In this document: piece after piece, positions 1 through 9,442 of the stretch
How the letters are laid out: every line of letters begins with the position of its first letter
How positions within the stretch are numbered: position 1 is the stretch's first letter
DNA from: an uncultured Spirochaetota bacterium
GTDB taxonomy: Bacteria > Spirochaetota > Spirochaetia > SZUA-6 > Fen-1364
Assembly: GCA_963845535.1 (NCBI GenBank)
Contig: CAWJSK010000019.1
Span: 256,001-320,000 of the forward strand
Length of the DNA stretch: 64,000 nucleotides
Reading direction: 5' to 3'
The notes under the pieces: generated by a model
The model's database searches: none
Seen by the model: only the letters and a program-made list of their open reading frames with translations
What the model was told of the DNA's origin: nothing
Made by a program: the position numbers and the translations under genes

Positions 1-1
1 C

Positions 2-250
2 AGCTACGCTGTCCTGGGGCTCGCTCTCATCAACAAGGAGAAGGGCAACTACCTGGAGGCAATCGAAAGCCTTTCCGGGCTGCTCGTCAATGACGCCAAG
101 AACCCGCGGCTGTACCTCGAGATTGCCCAGTCCTGGCTTGCGCTGGAGAAGAAGGACAAGGCGCTGGAAGTCCTCACGCGCGCCCAGCGCATGGGCGTGA
201 AGAACCTCGGCGTGGCGGAGCTGCTGGAAAAACTGCAGAAGGGAATCTAA
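2..250 (+). CDS. Tetratricopeptide-repeat protein, C-terminal part (5' truncated by window edge)
   Basis: Frame 2 reads SYAVLGLALINKEKGNYLEAIESLSGLLVNDAKNPRLYLEIAQSWLALEKKDKALEVL...KGI*, a TPR-like helical pattern; stop TAA at 248-250. Confidence 0.75.
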   Translation, partial: SYAVLGLALINKEKGNYLEAIESLSGLLVNDAKNPRLYLEIAQSWLALEKKDKALEVLTRAQRMGVKNLGVAELLEKLQKGI

Positions 251-269
251 GAGCCGCGGCGGGGCGTGG

Positions 270-1799
270 CTACTCGGCTCGGGATGTCTTCCGCTCAGCA
301 ACAATCACGCACCATGACGGCATGCGCCTGAGACGCGCATGGCCGCCCGCGAGCCTCTCCACCGCGACAAGCCGGCATTGCCATACGTCATGAACGTGGA
401 GCTCGTAGACGGTTTCGCTTTGGGCGGCCATTCCGAGCTGGAAGCCGGGCCGGTCCTTGTATCCCGGTCCGAAGAAATACACGAACGCATCCTCACCGCA
501 GGAAAGACAAAAGAAATCCACCCCGTCCGAGAGCCGAAGGTTCGGAGAGAGATCCTGGAACGGGACTGACTCCATGATGGCCCTCAGATACGAGAGTCGC
601 CGCGGACTTTCTCCCGCCAGCGTACCGCCCGTGCTCCAGAACACATGGGAGCGGTCTCCGTCCCACACGTACATCTCTCCGTGCGTGGCGTATGCCCCTG
701 CCATGAAAGCCATCCAGTGCCGCTTGACTTCCAGCTCAGCGCTCGCATTCCCGTAGTCATTCGGCACATTGCCCTCGTACTGGTATTCGTCGTCGATTAC
801 GGGCTTTCCGTATTCTTCCCGCAAGCGGATGGCAAGCGACCACGTGTTCGGATGCTGATACGAGACGTGCGTCATCCACTCCTCGTTCGGGTAGATCGGC
901 CCCCACGTCCAGTTGTGGATGGAGCGCGGATGGCCAACATGGTCCAGGCGCTCGATGAGCTGGCCAATCGCCCGCCAGTCCTTCCGCCTCAGCGCGTGGC
1001 CTCCTTCCGAAAAGGATATTCCGAAGAGATCGTATTCGTTCGCCAGTGACCACCACACGTTGCGGAATGCAGAAAACCGGGCGCAGACGTACCCCACGTA
1101 GAGCAGGTCGTCATTTGACGTCATTCCCTGCGGGATTCCCCAGAGGGAGACGTCATAGGGGTGGAAGAGGATGACATCAGCCTCGACGCCCCTGTCCCGC
1201 AACTGCGCGATGCGGCGCTCGTAGCGTCGGAAATACTCGGGATTGGGCCGGGAAAAGTCGAGCGCGCGAGGCTTCCCCTCGAACGGCAGCACCGCCGGGC
1301 TCCCGTCGATGCGAAACAGATCAGTATCCGTCCCATACTCCTTGGGGAAAACGAGCATCCTGATCTTGTTGAAACGGTAATTGCCGAACGATTCCAGGGT
1401 GGATTCCACCCGGGCTTCATCCTGGTACGTCCAGGCATACGCGGTGGTTCCCAGCGGGAAAAAAGGGGTGCCGTCCGCGTGGCGGAAATGATGCCCTTCC
1501 GCGCGGACCGGTCCGTGGTTGTCGCCCGCTGCCCGTGCGCATTCGAAGATCCCCACTCTGCCGTCGAGCTCGGAAAGCGTGCCGTGAGTCTCGTAGTGCC
1601 ACGTGCCCGGGAGATCGGGAGAAAATCGCACCCGGTACACCCCGTCGCCGTCGTAGAAGCCGTCGACGGCAACGACACGCGTCCCTTGAGTGAACGTTGC
1701 AGCAACGTGCGCATCCGTGAAGGGATTGTCGGGGAGCTTTGCCGCTCTGACTTCAAGGTCGAAAACTCCCCATTGCTCGACGGACCGTATTTCGCTCAT
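270..1799 (-). CDS. DUF5060/DUF4038/DUF5605-type putative glycoside hydrolase (apiosidase-like TIM barrel)
   Basis: True start MSEIRSVEQWG at 1799, ATGA-coupled to the upstream permease stop; motifs NPF.D, GFYDGDG.Y.VRF.P, FNKIRM.VFPK, WWSLANEYD, DEYQYEGN. The ORF-track N-terminal 214 aa is off-frame overlap with the permease. Confidence 0.8.
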   Translation of the reverse strand: MSEIRSVEQWGVFDLEVRAAKLPDNPFTDAHVAATFTQGTRVVAVDGFYDGDGVYRVRFSPDLPGTWHYETHGTLSELDGRVGIFECARAAGDNHGPVRAEGHHFRHADGTPFFPLGTTAYAWTYQDEARVESTLESFGNYRFNKIRMLVFPKEYGTDTDLFRIDGSPAVLPFEGKPRALDFSRPNPEYFRRYERRIAQLRDRGVEADVILFHPYDVSLWGIPQGMTSNDDLLYVGYVCARFSAFRNVWWSLANEYDLFGISFSEGGHALRRKDWRAIGQLIERLDHVGHPRSIHNWTWGPIYPNEEWMTHVSYQHPNTWSLAIRLREEYGKPVIDDEYQYEGNVPNDYGNASAELEVKRHWMAFMAGAYATHGEMYVWDGDRSHVFWSTGGTLAGESPRRLSYLRAIMESVPFQDLSPNLRLSDGVDFFCLSCGEDAFVYFFGPGYKDRPGFQLGMAAQSETVYELHVHDVWQCRLVAVERLAGGHARLRRMPSWCVIVAERKTSRAE

Positions 1800-2632
1800 C
1801 CCTTGATGGCTCCGGCGGACATCCCGCGAATGACATTCTCCTGGAAAGCAATGTAGATGATCGTCACGGGAATGATGGCCGCCATGAGACCCGCGGCCAT
1901 CATTCCGTAGTTCGTGAAGTATTGACCCTGCATTGCGGCTATGCCCTGCGTCAGCGTCTTTCGCGCCGTGATGGACATGAGGACGTTCGCGTACACGAAC
2001 TCGTTCCAGGCGCCGAGGAGCGTGAGCGTGCCTGCCGTGGCAAGCCCCGGCTGCGAGAGCGGCAGGATCACGTGGAAGAACACCCTGCCCGGTCCGGCGC
2101 CGTCGATGACCGCCGCCTCCTCGATCTCGTGCGGAATGCTTCTCATGAATCCGACGAGAAGAAACACCGCGAGGCTTATGTTGACCGCCGCGTACACGAG
2201 GATGAGCCCGATGCGGGTATTCATGAGCGCCAGGTTCTTGACCAGGATGAACGTGGGGATCAGGAGAGCCTGATAGGGGATCATGATTCCGACGGCGAAG
2301 AAGAGATACACAACGGGGCTTTTCCAGACGCGCGCCAGGATGTAGGAGCTCATGGCAGAGCTGAGAAGGACGATGAACATGACGACAGCCGTGATGATCA
2401 GGCTGTTGAAGAAGTTGACGCCTATGTTCGCGATCTGCCACGCGTCGATGTAATTGTGCCAGGCATAGATTTTCGGCAGGCCGAAGGGATTGCTGTACAG
2501 CTCGAAGTTATCCTTGAAGGACGTGATGACCACCCAGACAAACGGGTACAGGGCAAGCGCGGCGAACACGAACAGCGTGACGTATTTCGCCACTATCGCG
2601 GCCACGCGCGGCCGGGTGCTTCCCTCTCTCAT
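1796..2632 (-). CDS. Carbohydrate ABC transporter permease (MalG-like)
   Basis: Hydrophobic segments, EAA loop EIEEAAVIDGA, AWNEF, C-terminal GAIKG. Confidence 0.93.
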   Translation of the reverse strand: MREGSTRPRVAAIVAKYVTLFVFAALALYPFVWVVITSFKDNFELYSNPFGLPKIYAWHNYIDAWQIANIGVNFFNSLIITAVVMFIVLLSSAMSSYILARVWKSPVVYLFFAVGIMIPYQALLIPTFILVKNLALMNTRIGLILVYAAVNISLAVFLLVGFMRSIPHEIEEAAVIDGAGPGRVFFHVILPLSQPGLATAGTLTLLGAWNEFVYANVLMSITARKTLTQGIAAMQGQYFTNYGMMAAGLMAAIIPVTIIYIAFQENVIRGMSAGAIKG

Positions 2633-3508
2633 GAGTATTCGACTCCTTCACGCCCCGCCAGGCGCCGGTAGAGGACGGTGAATGCAAGGGAGAGAACGAC
2701 GATTGAAATGGCAACGGCGCTCCCGTATCCGAACCTGCGTTCCAGGAATGCGACGCGGAACATGTAGACCGTGAGGTAGGACGAGCGGTAGCCGGGACCT
2801 CCCTGCGTCATGATCCAGGGGTGCTCGAACGCCTTCATGGAGCCCGTGACGCAGAGGATGACGGCCAACTGGATGACCTCCCAGACAAGGGGTACTGCCA
2901 TGGAGAAGAAGGACCTCGTGGATGATGCGCCGTCGATGGTTGCGCTCTCGAATATCTGCTCCGGCAGGGACTGGAGAGCCGCAAAGAAGATCACGACGTA
3001 CAGGCCGATGTATTGCCATACCTGCGGGAGGATCACCATGTACAGGAGCACGTGCGGATCTGAAAGCCACTGACGCTGCCAGGACGACAGGTGCAGGGCG
3101 GCCAGAAGGCCATTGAGCAGGCCGATCTCGCTGTTGTAGAACAGCCGAAACATGAGACCCACCGCAATGGGCGCAATTACCACCGGGCAGAAAAAGGATT
3201 GCCCGCACCACTTTGAAGCCCCGCGTCCTTCGGTACAGAAGGTAGGCCAGGATGAGCCCCAGGGGGACCTGGATGGCAACGGATATCCCGACCATCTTCG
3301 CCGTGTTGGCGAACGTCATCCAGTAGTTCCTCGTTCCCAGGAGCTCCAGGAAGTTCATCCCCGCGATGAACTTCCTGGCGGCGATCCCGTCCCATTCCGT
3401 GAGGCTGTACCACGCGGAGGCAACGAGCGGTCCGACGACAAAGACCACGTAGAGAACCAGCGCCGGCGCAAGGAAGAGGATGCAGAAAAGTCTCAGCTTT
3501 CGCTTCAT
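2629..3508 (-). CDS. Carbohydrate ABC transporter permease (MalF-like), split by a +1 frameshift near 3185
   Basis: N-half MKRKLRLF...VVRAILFLP joins C-half VVIAPIAVGL...FESATIDGAS if one C is removed from CTGCCCGGTG on the minus strand. Confidence 0.88.
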
Positions 3509-3528
3509 GGCGTGGACGAATCCATGCG

Positions 3529-3559
3529 ACCGGGCGGCAGATCGATTCCGCCGCCCGGT
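3529..3559 (-). terminator. Intercistronic GC-rich stem-loop after the SBP gene (mRNA stabiliser or partial terminator)
   Basis: ACCGGGCGGCAGA...TCCGCCGCCCGGT, 13-bp arms with one mismatch (G-U on the minus strand); no U-tract. Confidence 0.55.
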
Positions 3560-3567
3560 GCATGAGA

Positions 3568-4851
3568 CTACTTCTTGAAGGAAGCCTGAACCTTGTCGAC
3601 GAACTCCTTCGGGCTGATGACGCCCGCAAAGAGCTCATCCAGGCTGGACTGATAGGTCTGCGCCGCGGTGTTGTCCCAGATGTTCCACCAGTGCGCGGTG
3701 ACCTTGTCCATGTTCGCCGTGAACGCCAGCACTTTCTGCATGACCTCGTTGAAGCTCGTCGTGTTCATCTTGTATTTCTTCGTGGGAATGAGCCCGCCCT
3801 TGATGAGCTGGTCGAAGAGCTGGTCCGATGTCATGAAATCCATGAGCGCCACGAGCGCCTTCTGCTTGGCCGGCGATTCGAAGGACGCCTTGTTGACGAC
3901 GATTCCGAACACCGCGCCGCCGGAGATGAACTTCGTCGGGTCCTGCGTCGCGCCGGGCATCCGGGGAACCGCAATGGGGACGCTCTTGTCCTGCATGTCC
4001 TTGTTCATTGCGCCGAGCATCCACGGGTACGTGTAGATCATCGCGGCCCGTCCCTCGTTATAGAGCGCGAACGACGGTCCCCAGTCCCCGTTGGCCAGCG
4101 TGTCCTTGGGGAAGAGGCCCTGGGCCTTCATGTCGGCCATGAGCTGGGCCGTGCGCAGCGCGTTGTCCGTGGCGAACTGCCGTGTCTTCGGCAGGTTCGT
4201 GAGCTCTTCGACCGCGCCGGGGAACTGCGTGTAGACCTCGCTGAACCAGAAGTGCGAGGGGTTGCCGCCCTGGCTTCCCATGGCGAACGGGATGATGTTG
4301 TTCTGCTGGAAGACCTTGCCCACCTTTACCATCTCTTCGTACGTGGTAGGGTAGGACAGGTTGTATTTCTTGAACAACTCGGAGTTCACCAGAAACGCCG
4401 CAACGTACCCTTCCAGCGGGATTCCGTACACGGCGTTGCCCACGCGGTAGAGGTTCCACGCGGAGTCGCTGAAATCGCTTTTCTTGAGATTCTTCGTGAC
4501 GGCAAGATACTCATCGATAGTGAGGAGCTTCCCGCCGTCGACAAGCGGAACAAGGCGGCTTCCGCCCCAGTAGGTCCAGATGTCCGGCAGGCTTCCGCCG
4601 GCCAGGTCCACCTGGATCTTGTTGAACATGTTGTCTCCGCTTGCGGTCTCTGTCACGATGGTGAACTCGCCGGCGTGCGCGGCGGCAAACTTGGCAAGCG
4701 CCGGTCCGAAGTAGGGTCCCTTGGCGTCACCCTCACCCCACGTGTGGGCGAACCGTAGTGAGGGAATGCCCCCTTTGGTCTCAGCCGCTCCTCCGGCAAA
4801 GGCAACGAGCGGGACGAGCGCGACGGCCAGGAGAAACAGGACACGTTTCAT
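3568..4851 (-). CDS. Carbohydrate ABC transporter solute-binding protein (SBP_bac_1/8)
   Basis: Start MKRVLFLLAVALVPLVAFAGG at 4851 with SD GGAGGTG; signal peptide; LPDI, YGIP, G.AAM motifs. Confidence 0.9.
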   Translation of the reverse strand: MKRVLFLLAVALVPLVAFAGGAAETKGGIPSLRFAHTWGEGDAKGPYFGPALAKFAAAHAGEFTIVTETASGDNMFNKIQVDLAGGSLPDIWTYWGGSRLVPLVDGGKLLTIDEYLAVTKNLKKSDFSDSAWNLYRVGNAVYGIPLEGYVAAFLVNSELFKKYNLSYPTTYEEMVKVGKVFQQNNIIPFAMGSQGGNPSHFWFSEVYTQFPGAVEELTNLPKTRQFATDNALRTAQLMADMKAQGLFPKDTLANGDWGPSFALYNEGRAAMIYTYPWMLGAMNKDMQDKSVPIAVPRMPGATQDPTKFISGGAVFGIVVNKASFESPAKQKALVALMDFMTSDQLFDQLIKGGLIPTKKYKMNTTSFNEVMQKVLAFTANMDKVTAHWWNIWDNTAAQTYQSSLDELFAGVISPKEFVDKVQASFKK

Positions 4852-4960
4852 ACCAACACCTCCGATTGATGACTTTGCTCCTCCGTGTATTGTCCTGCAT
4901 CCCGGCGCCGCGTAAAGAAGACAATCATACAGAACACCGCACAATCGGACGAATCGTGCC

Positions 4961-5788
4961 TTACGGGCTGGTTCGGCCTCCATGGTGCGCGCTTTCCCGG
5001 TATTCTCCGGGGCTCTGTGAGATGCGCGCCCTGAAAACCCGGGCAAAGTAGTTCGGGTCGGCGTATCCAACCATCCTCGCAATCTCCGCAACAGAGAACT
5101 CCAGATGCTCAAGGAGGCCGCGAGCCGCGCTGATCCGTTCGTTGTTGAGGAAGTCCACAAAGGATCGTCCGGTTTCACGCCGAAAATGTTCTGCGAAGCT
5201 GCTTCGGCTCATTCCGACGGAGACCGCGACGTCGTCCAGCGTTATCGGCTCAGCCATTCGCGCCCTCAGAATGCCAATGGCCTTTGCAATCCGCGGGTCG
5301 CCGACAACCGGCTCCGGGGCCAGCGGTCCACGCTCCTTTTCCCGCAGCACCGCCTGGAGCGTCTGGTTCTGCCGCTGCGTTCTTCGCGCTACCCTGCGGG
5401 CGTCTTCCTCGCGCTCGATCTCCGCGATCATCCGCTCCAGGATGAGATGGATTTCATCCGCTCGCACGGGCTTGAGCAGGTAGTCCTTGACTCCCAGGCG
5501 CATTGCGCGCTGGGCGTATGCAAAGTCGGCATGTCCGGTCACGACGATGAACCTGCTGTCCCTGGATTCGCTCCCAAGACGCTCAATCAGCTCCAGGCCG
5601 TCGAATCCGGGGAGGCGAATGTCGGTGAAAACGATCCTGGGCTTGCGGAGCCGGCACAAACGCAAGGCCTGCGGTCCGTCCTCCGCTTCAACGACAAGGA
5701 ACAGCCCGAGCCGCTTCCAGGCAATCTCGCTGATCAGCAGCCTGCGGACCCATGGCTCGTCTTCGACAATCGCGACCGGTATGCTCAT
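4961..5788 (-). CDS. Two-component response regulator, REC + AraC HTH (YesN-like)
   Basis: Start MSIPVAIVEDE at 5788; TDIRLPGFDGL, DYLLKP, C-terminal EIARMVGYADPNYFARVFR. Confidence 0.93.
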   Translation of the reverse strand: MSIPVAIVEDEPWVRRLLISEIAWKRLGLFLVVEAEDGPQALRLCRLRKPRIVFTDIRLPGFDGLELIERLGSESRDSRFIVVTGHADFAYAQRAMRLGVKDYLLKPVRADEIHLILERMIAEIEREEDARRVARRTQRQNQTLQAVLREKERGPLAPEPVVGDPRIAKAIGILRARMAEPITLDDVAVSVGMSRSSFAEHFRRETGRSFVDFLNNERISAARGLLEHLEFSVAEIARMVGYADPNYFARVFRARISQSPGEYRESAHHGGRTSP

Positions 5789-7542
5789 GTTCGCGCGGGA
5801 AGGAGCACGGTGACCGTGGTTCCCTTGCCCTTGTCCGATACAAGAGAGACTCCGTACGGTTCTCCGTAGCTCAGCCTGATCCTTCGATGAACGTTTTGAA
5901 GTCCGACGCCGCTTCCATAGGAAGGGTTCCCGTCGTGGGATTCCGCCGTCTCCAGGGCGCGTGACACTGCCCGAAGCCTGTCCTCGTCGATGCCGACGCC
6001 GGTGTCCGCCACGGCTATTCTCAGCGCCACGCCGGCGCCGCTCCGGCAAAGGACGGCTGATATCTGCACGCGGCCCGGGCCCACCATGGGTTCCAAGCCG
6101 TGGCGAAAAGCATTTTCCACGATTGGCTGAAGGATCAGCCGCGGAACGAAGCACTCCTCGGTTTCCGGACCCACGGAAAGAGAAGCATCGAAGCGGCTCT
6201 CGAACCTCAGCTGCTGTATCTTCAGGTAGTTCGAAAGGCTTCGGATCTCATCGCGCAGCCGCACCGGCTCTTCGCTTCGGTCGATGCTGTAGCGGAAAAG
6301 CTCTGCCAGGGCTGCGGCTGTTTCCTTGACCTTGTCGATCTTTCTCCAGCTGGCAAGTCCGCGGATCAGGTCAAGCGTGTTGTAGAGGAAGTGCGGATTG
6401 ATCTGTGCCTGGAGGGCAAGCACGCGGGAGAGCGTGGCCTCTTTTTCCTGGCGCTTGAGGTTCTCCACCAGAGCATTGATCCTGTCAACCATGACGTTGA
6501 AGTCATTCGTCAGGTGCTGGATATCCTCATTCGCTCCCCTCTGCGCTGCGGAGATCCTGTGGCTGAAGTCTCCTCCGCCGATCTTGTCCATCACTGCGAT
6601 GACCGAATACAGCGGCCTCGTGATCCGCCCCGCCACGATGATTGCTCCCCCAATGCTGAGGAAAAATACGATGAGGCTGGCAACAAGCTCGAGGAGGCTC
6701 ACGCGGATGAGCTCCGCGTTGGTAACGGAGTCGGGAACCGCGGAGACGAAGAAAAGAGGGAGGCCGCGAACGCGATGGGCCAGGATGAGAAACCCGCCGC
6801 TTCGCGCGCGAGCCCTGTCCCCGCTGAGATCCAGTCCATTCAGCAGGGCGCTCTCGGACGCGGGCCGGACGGAGGCTCCGGACTCTCTTTCCACGGCAAC
6901 AAGGACCTTCCTGTCAGACGTGATGAGCATGGACCGCACGGACGGCCGGAACGCCGCCGCCTCGGTGATGCGCGATATCTCGGAAAAGGGAAGCCTCAGC
7001 TCCACGGTAACCGGTTGCGCGTGCCTCTCTGTCTGGTTCCCCAGGTGGAGGACATATCGGAATGATCCGTCAGAAGCCTGGGTGACATAGTCGTTTTTCG
7101 AAATGTCAAAGGCTCGCTCGCTGCTGGCGGCGTCGCTTGAGGAAACCACGGAAAAAATCCCGGTCTCGATTTTGTACCCGGTCCCGATAAAGACCCGGAT
7201 GCCGGCCACGTACGGCGAATTCAGGTAGGTCATGTAGATGGCCTGGGAGGTTGTTCGGACAAGGTTGATGCCGCTGCGGGACCGGTCTTCCAGGTGCTCC
7301 CGGATCCCGCTGGAGACCACCTGGAATACGACCTGGTTCCGCGTGAAGACGACGGATTGCACCAGACGCTCGAAATCATCCTGCGCGTAGCGCAGCCCAT
7401 CCTCCATGAACATCACGACCTGCTGTTCGATGTAGCTGCGCGTCTGGAAGAGCACGAAAAGGCTCAGCGCGATTGACGGCAGAAGCAGAAGCAGGACTGC
7501 TGCCCGGATGAAGTCTTTTCTGATTCCGCCCGTGCGAGCCAT
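5785..7542 (-). CDS. Sensor histidine kinase, HAMP + His_kinase (YesM-like)
   Basis: Two TM segments, LQAQINPHFLYNTL H-box, LQPIVENAFRHG, DTGVG, GVGLQNV. Confidence 0.93.
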   Translation of the reverse strand: MARTGGIRKDFIRAAVLLLLLPSIALSLFVLFQTRSYIEQQVVMFMEDGLRYAQDDFERLVQSVVFTRNQVVFQVVSSGIREHLEDRSRSGINLVRTTSQAIYMTYLNSPYVAGIRVFIGTGYKIETGIFSVVSSSDAASSERAFDISKNDYVTQASDGSFRYVLHLGNQTERHAQPVTVELRLPFSEISRITEAAAFRPSVRSMLITSDRKVLVAVERESGASVRPASESALLNGLDLSGDRARARSGGFLILAHRVRGLPLFFVSAVPDSVTNAELIRVSLLELVASLIVFFLSIGGAIIVAGRITRPLYSVIAVMDKIGGGDFSHRISAAQRGANEDIQHLTNDFNVMVDRINALVENLKRQEKEATLSRVLALQAQINPHFLYNTLDLIRGLASWRKIDKVKETAAALAELFRYSIDRSEEPVRLRDEIRSLSNYLKIQQLRFESRFDASLSVGPETEECFVPRLILQPIVENAFRHGLEPMVGPGRVQISAVLCRSGAGVALRIAVADTGVGIDEDRLRAVSRALETAESHDGNPSYGSGVGLQNVHRRIRLSYGEPYGVSLVSDKGKGTTVTVLLPART

Positions 7543-7576
7543 GGTTTCCGCCCCGGACCTGGGCTCCTTTCCGCCG

Positions 7577-9370
7577 TCAGCTCTCCTGGAGCACGGCCCG
7601 GATGCGGCGCACGCCGGCAGAAGACGACTGTTCCTTCTGGATCACGAACTTCCCCAGGACTCCGGTGTGCTCCACGTGCGGGCCCCCGCAGACTTCCTTG
7701 GAGTAGTCCCCAATGGAATAGACTTTCACTTTTTCCCCGTACTTTTCCCCAAATAGCGCGATTGCTCCGCTTGCTTTGGCCTGCTCCAGCGTCATGACCT
7801 CCATGCTCACCGGCAGGTCCCTCGTGATCTGCTCATTGACAATGGCCTCCACTTTCCTGACTTCCTCTTCCGTCATGGGTTGCGGATGGGAGAAGTCGAA
7901 TCGCAGGCGCTCAACGGTGATGTTCGAGCCCTTCTGGGCAACGTGAGGACCGAGCACGGTGCGCAGAGCCTGGTGGAGGAGGTGCGTGGCCGTGTGGAGC
8001 TTCGTGGTCATTTCCGAATGGTCGGCAAGGCCGCCCTTGAACGTCTTCTCCGCCCCGGCCTTCGACAGCTCCTGGTGCTTCTGGAATGCTTCCTCGAAAC
8101 CTTTTCTGTCCACGCCCATTCCGTGCTCATGAGCAAGTTCTTCCGTGATCTCGATGGGGAAGCCATACGTGTCATAGAGCCGGAACGCGACCCGGCCCGG
8201 GATAATCTTCTGCGGGTTCTTCAGAAGGTTGGGAATGAGCTTTTCGAACTCCTTCTCACCTTTCTGGAGTGTCTCTGAGAACCGCTCTTCTTCCTGGCCC
8301 ATTTCCGTGGAGATCATGGCCGCGCGGGCGGCGAGCTCGGGATACGAGCCTTGGTAGATTGCCACCACGTCGGCGGCCAGCTTGCCCAGGAACCCGCCCT
8401 CCAAGCCAAGCTTGCGGCCGTGGCGGATGCTGCGTCGGATCAGCCGGCGAAGGATATAGCCCTGGCCGAGGTTGGAAGGCTTGACTCCCTTGTCGTCACC
8501 GAGGATGAACGTGGCGGCGCGCACGTGGTCCGTGATGATCCTGATGGAAGCGTCGGTTGCCTGTTCGGACCCGTAGCGTTTTCCCGTGATCTCCGCCAGG
8601 CGCTCTATGACGGGCCAGAACAGCTCCGTCTCGAAAACAGTTTTCTTTCCCTGAAGCATGGCGACGGTCCGGTCCACTCCCATTCCCGTGTCGACGGTCC
8701 TCTGGGCAAGGGGCGGATATTTTCCCTCCGCGGTCTTGTTGTACTGCATGAAGACGTCGTTCCAGACCTCGAAGTATTTTCCGCAGTGGCACCCCGGCGC
8801 GCAGGACGGTCCGCAGGCGGGAACGCCCGTGTCGATGAACATTTCCGTGTCAGGTCCGCACGGTCCTGTCTGTCCGGCAGGGCCCCACCAGTTGTCCTTT
8901 CGGGGAAGGAAGTGGACGCGACTCTCCGGAATCCCGACTTTCCTCCAGATGCCGGCCGCTTCGTCATCCGGCGGGACTTCGTTGTCACCCGCGAAGACGG
9001 TGACCGAAAGGACGTCCGGAGAAAAGCCAAGCCACGTCGAGGAGGTCAGGAACTCATAGGAGAACCGGATGGCGTCATCCTTGAAGTAGTCCCCGAGTGA
9101 CCAGTTGCCAAGCATCTCGAAAAAGGTCAGGTGCGAGGGATCTCCGACTTCTTCGATGTCATCCGTGCGGATGCACTTCTGCACATCCACGAGGCGCTTG
9201 CCGGCCGGGTGCGGCTCTCCCAGGATATACGGCACGAGGGGATGCATTCCCGCCGTCGTGAAAAGAACCGTCGGATCATTTTCCGGGATGAGAGACTTGC
9301 CAGAAATCTCCGCGTGCCCTTTTCCCTTGAAAAAATCCACGTATTTTTGTTTCAGCTCGGCTCCGGTCAT
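7577..9370 (-). CDS. alaS: Alanine--tRNA ligase, short form (597 aa)
   Basis: Start MTGAELKQKY at 9370; DPTVLFTTAGM, HLTFFEMLGNWS, DTGMG, editing HTATHLLH and CGGPH, ends GVRRIRA. Confidence 0.97.
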   Translation of the reverse strand: MTGAELKQKYVDFFKGKGHAEISGKSLIPENDPTVLFTTAGMHPLVPYILGEPHPAGKRLVDVQKCIRTDDIEEVGDPSHLTFFEMLGNWSLGDYFKDDAIRFSYEFLTSSTWLGFSPDVLSVTVFAGDNEVPPDDEAAGIWRKVGIPESRVHFLPRKDNWWGPAGQTGPCGPDTEMFIDTGVPACGPSCAPGCHCGKYFEVWNDVFMQYNKTAEGKYPPLAQRTVDTGMGVDRTVAMLQGKKTVFETELFWPVIERLAEITGKRYGSEQATDASIRIITDHVRAATFILGDDKGVKPSNLGQGYILRRLIRRSIRHGRKLGLEGGFLGKLAADVVAIYQGSYPELAARAAMISTEMGQEEERFSETLQKGEKEFEKLIPNLLKNPQKIIPGRVAFRLYDTYGFPIEITEELAHEHGMGVDRKGFEEAFQKHQELSKAGAEKTFKGGLADHSEMTTKLHTATHLLHQALRTVLGPHVAQKGSNITVERLRFDFSHPQPMTEEEVRKVEAIVNEQITRDLPVSMEVMTLEQAKASGAIALFGEKYGEKVKVYSIGDYSKEVCGGPHVEHTGVLGKFVIQKEQSSSAGVRRIRAVLQES

Positions 9371-9377
9371 GGCAGCT

Positions 9378-9406
9378 AAAGTACGGGAACCGATGGGGGG
9401 TGTCAA
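9378..9406 (-). promoter_or_regulatory. Sigma70-type promoter of alaS (leaderless)
   Basis: TTGACA-17 bp-TACTTT, then 7 nt, then ATG; no SD. Confidence 0.75.
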
Positions 9407-9442
9407 GGACGGCCTTAAAATGGTAGAAGAAGAGCGCGTGGC

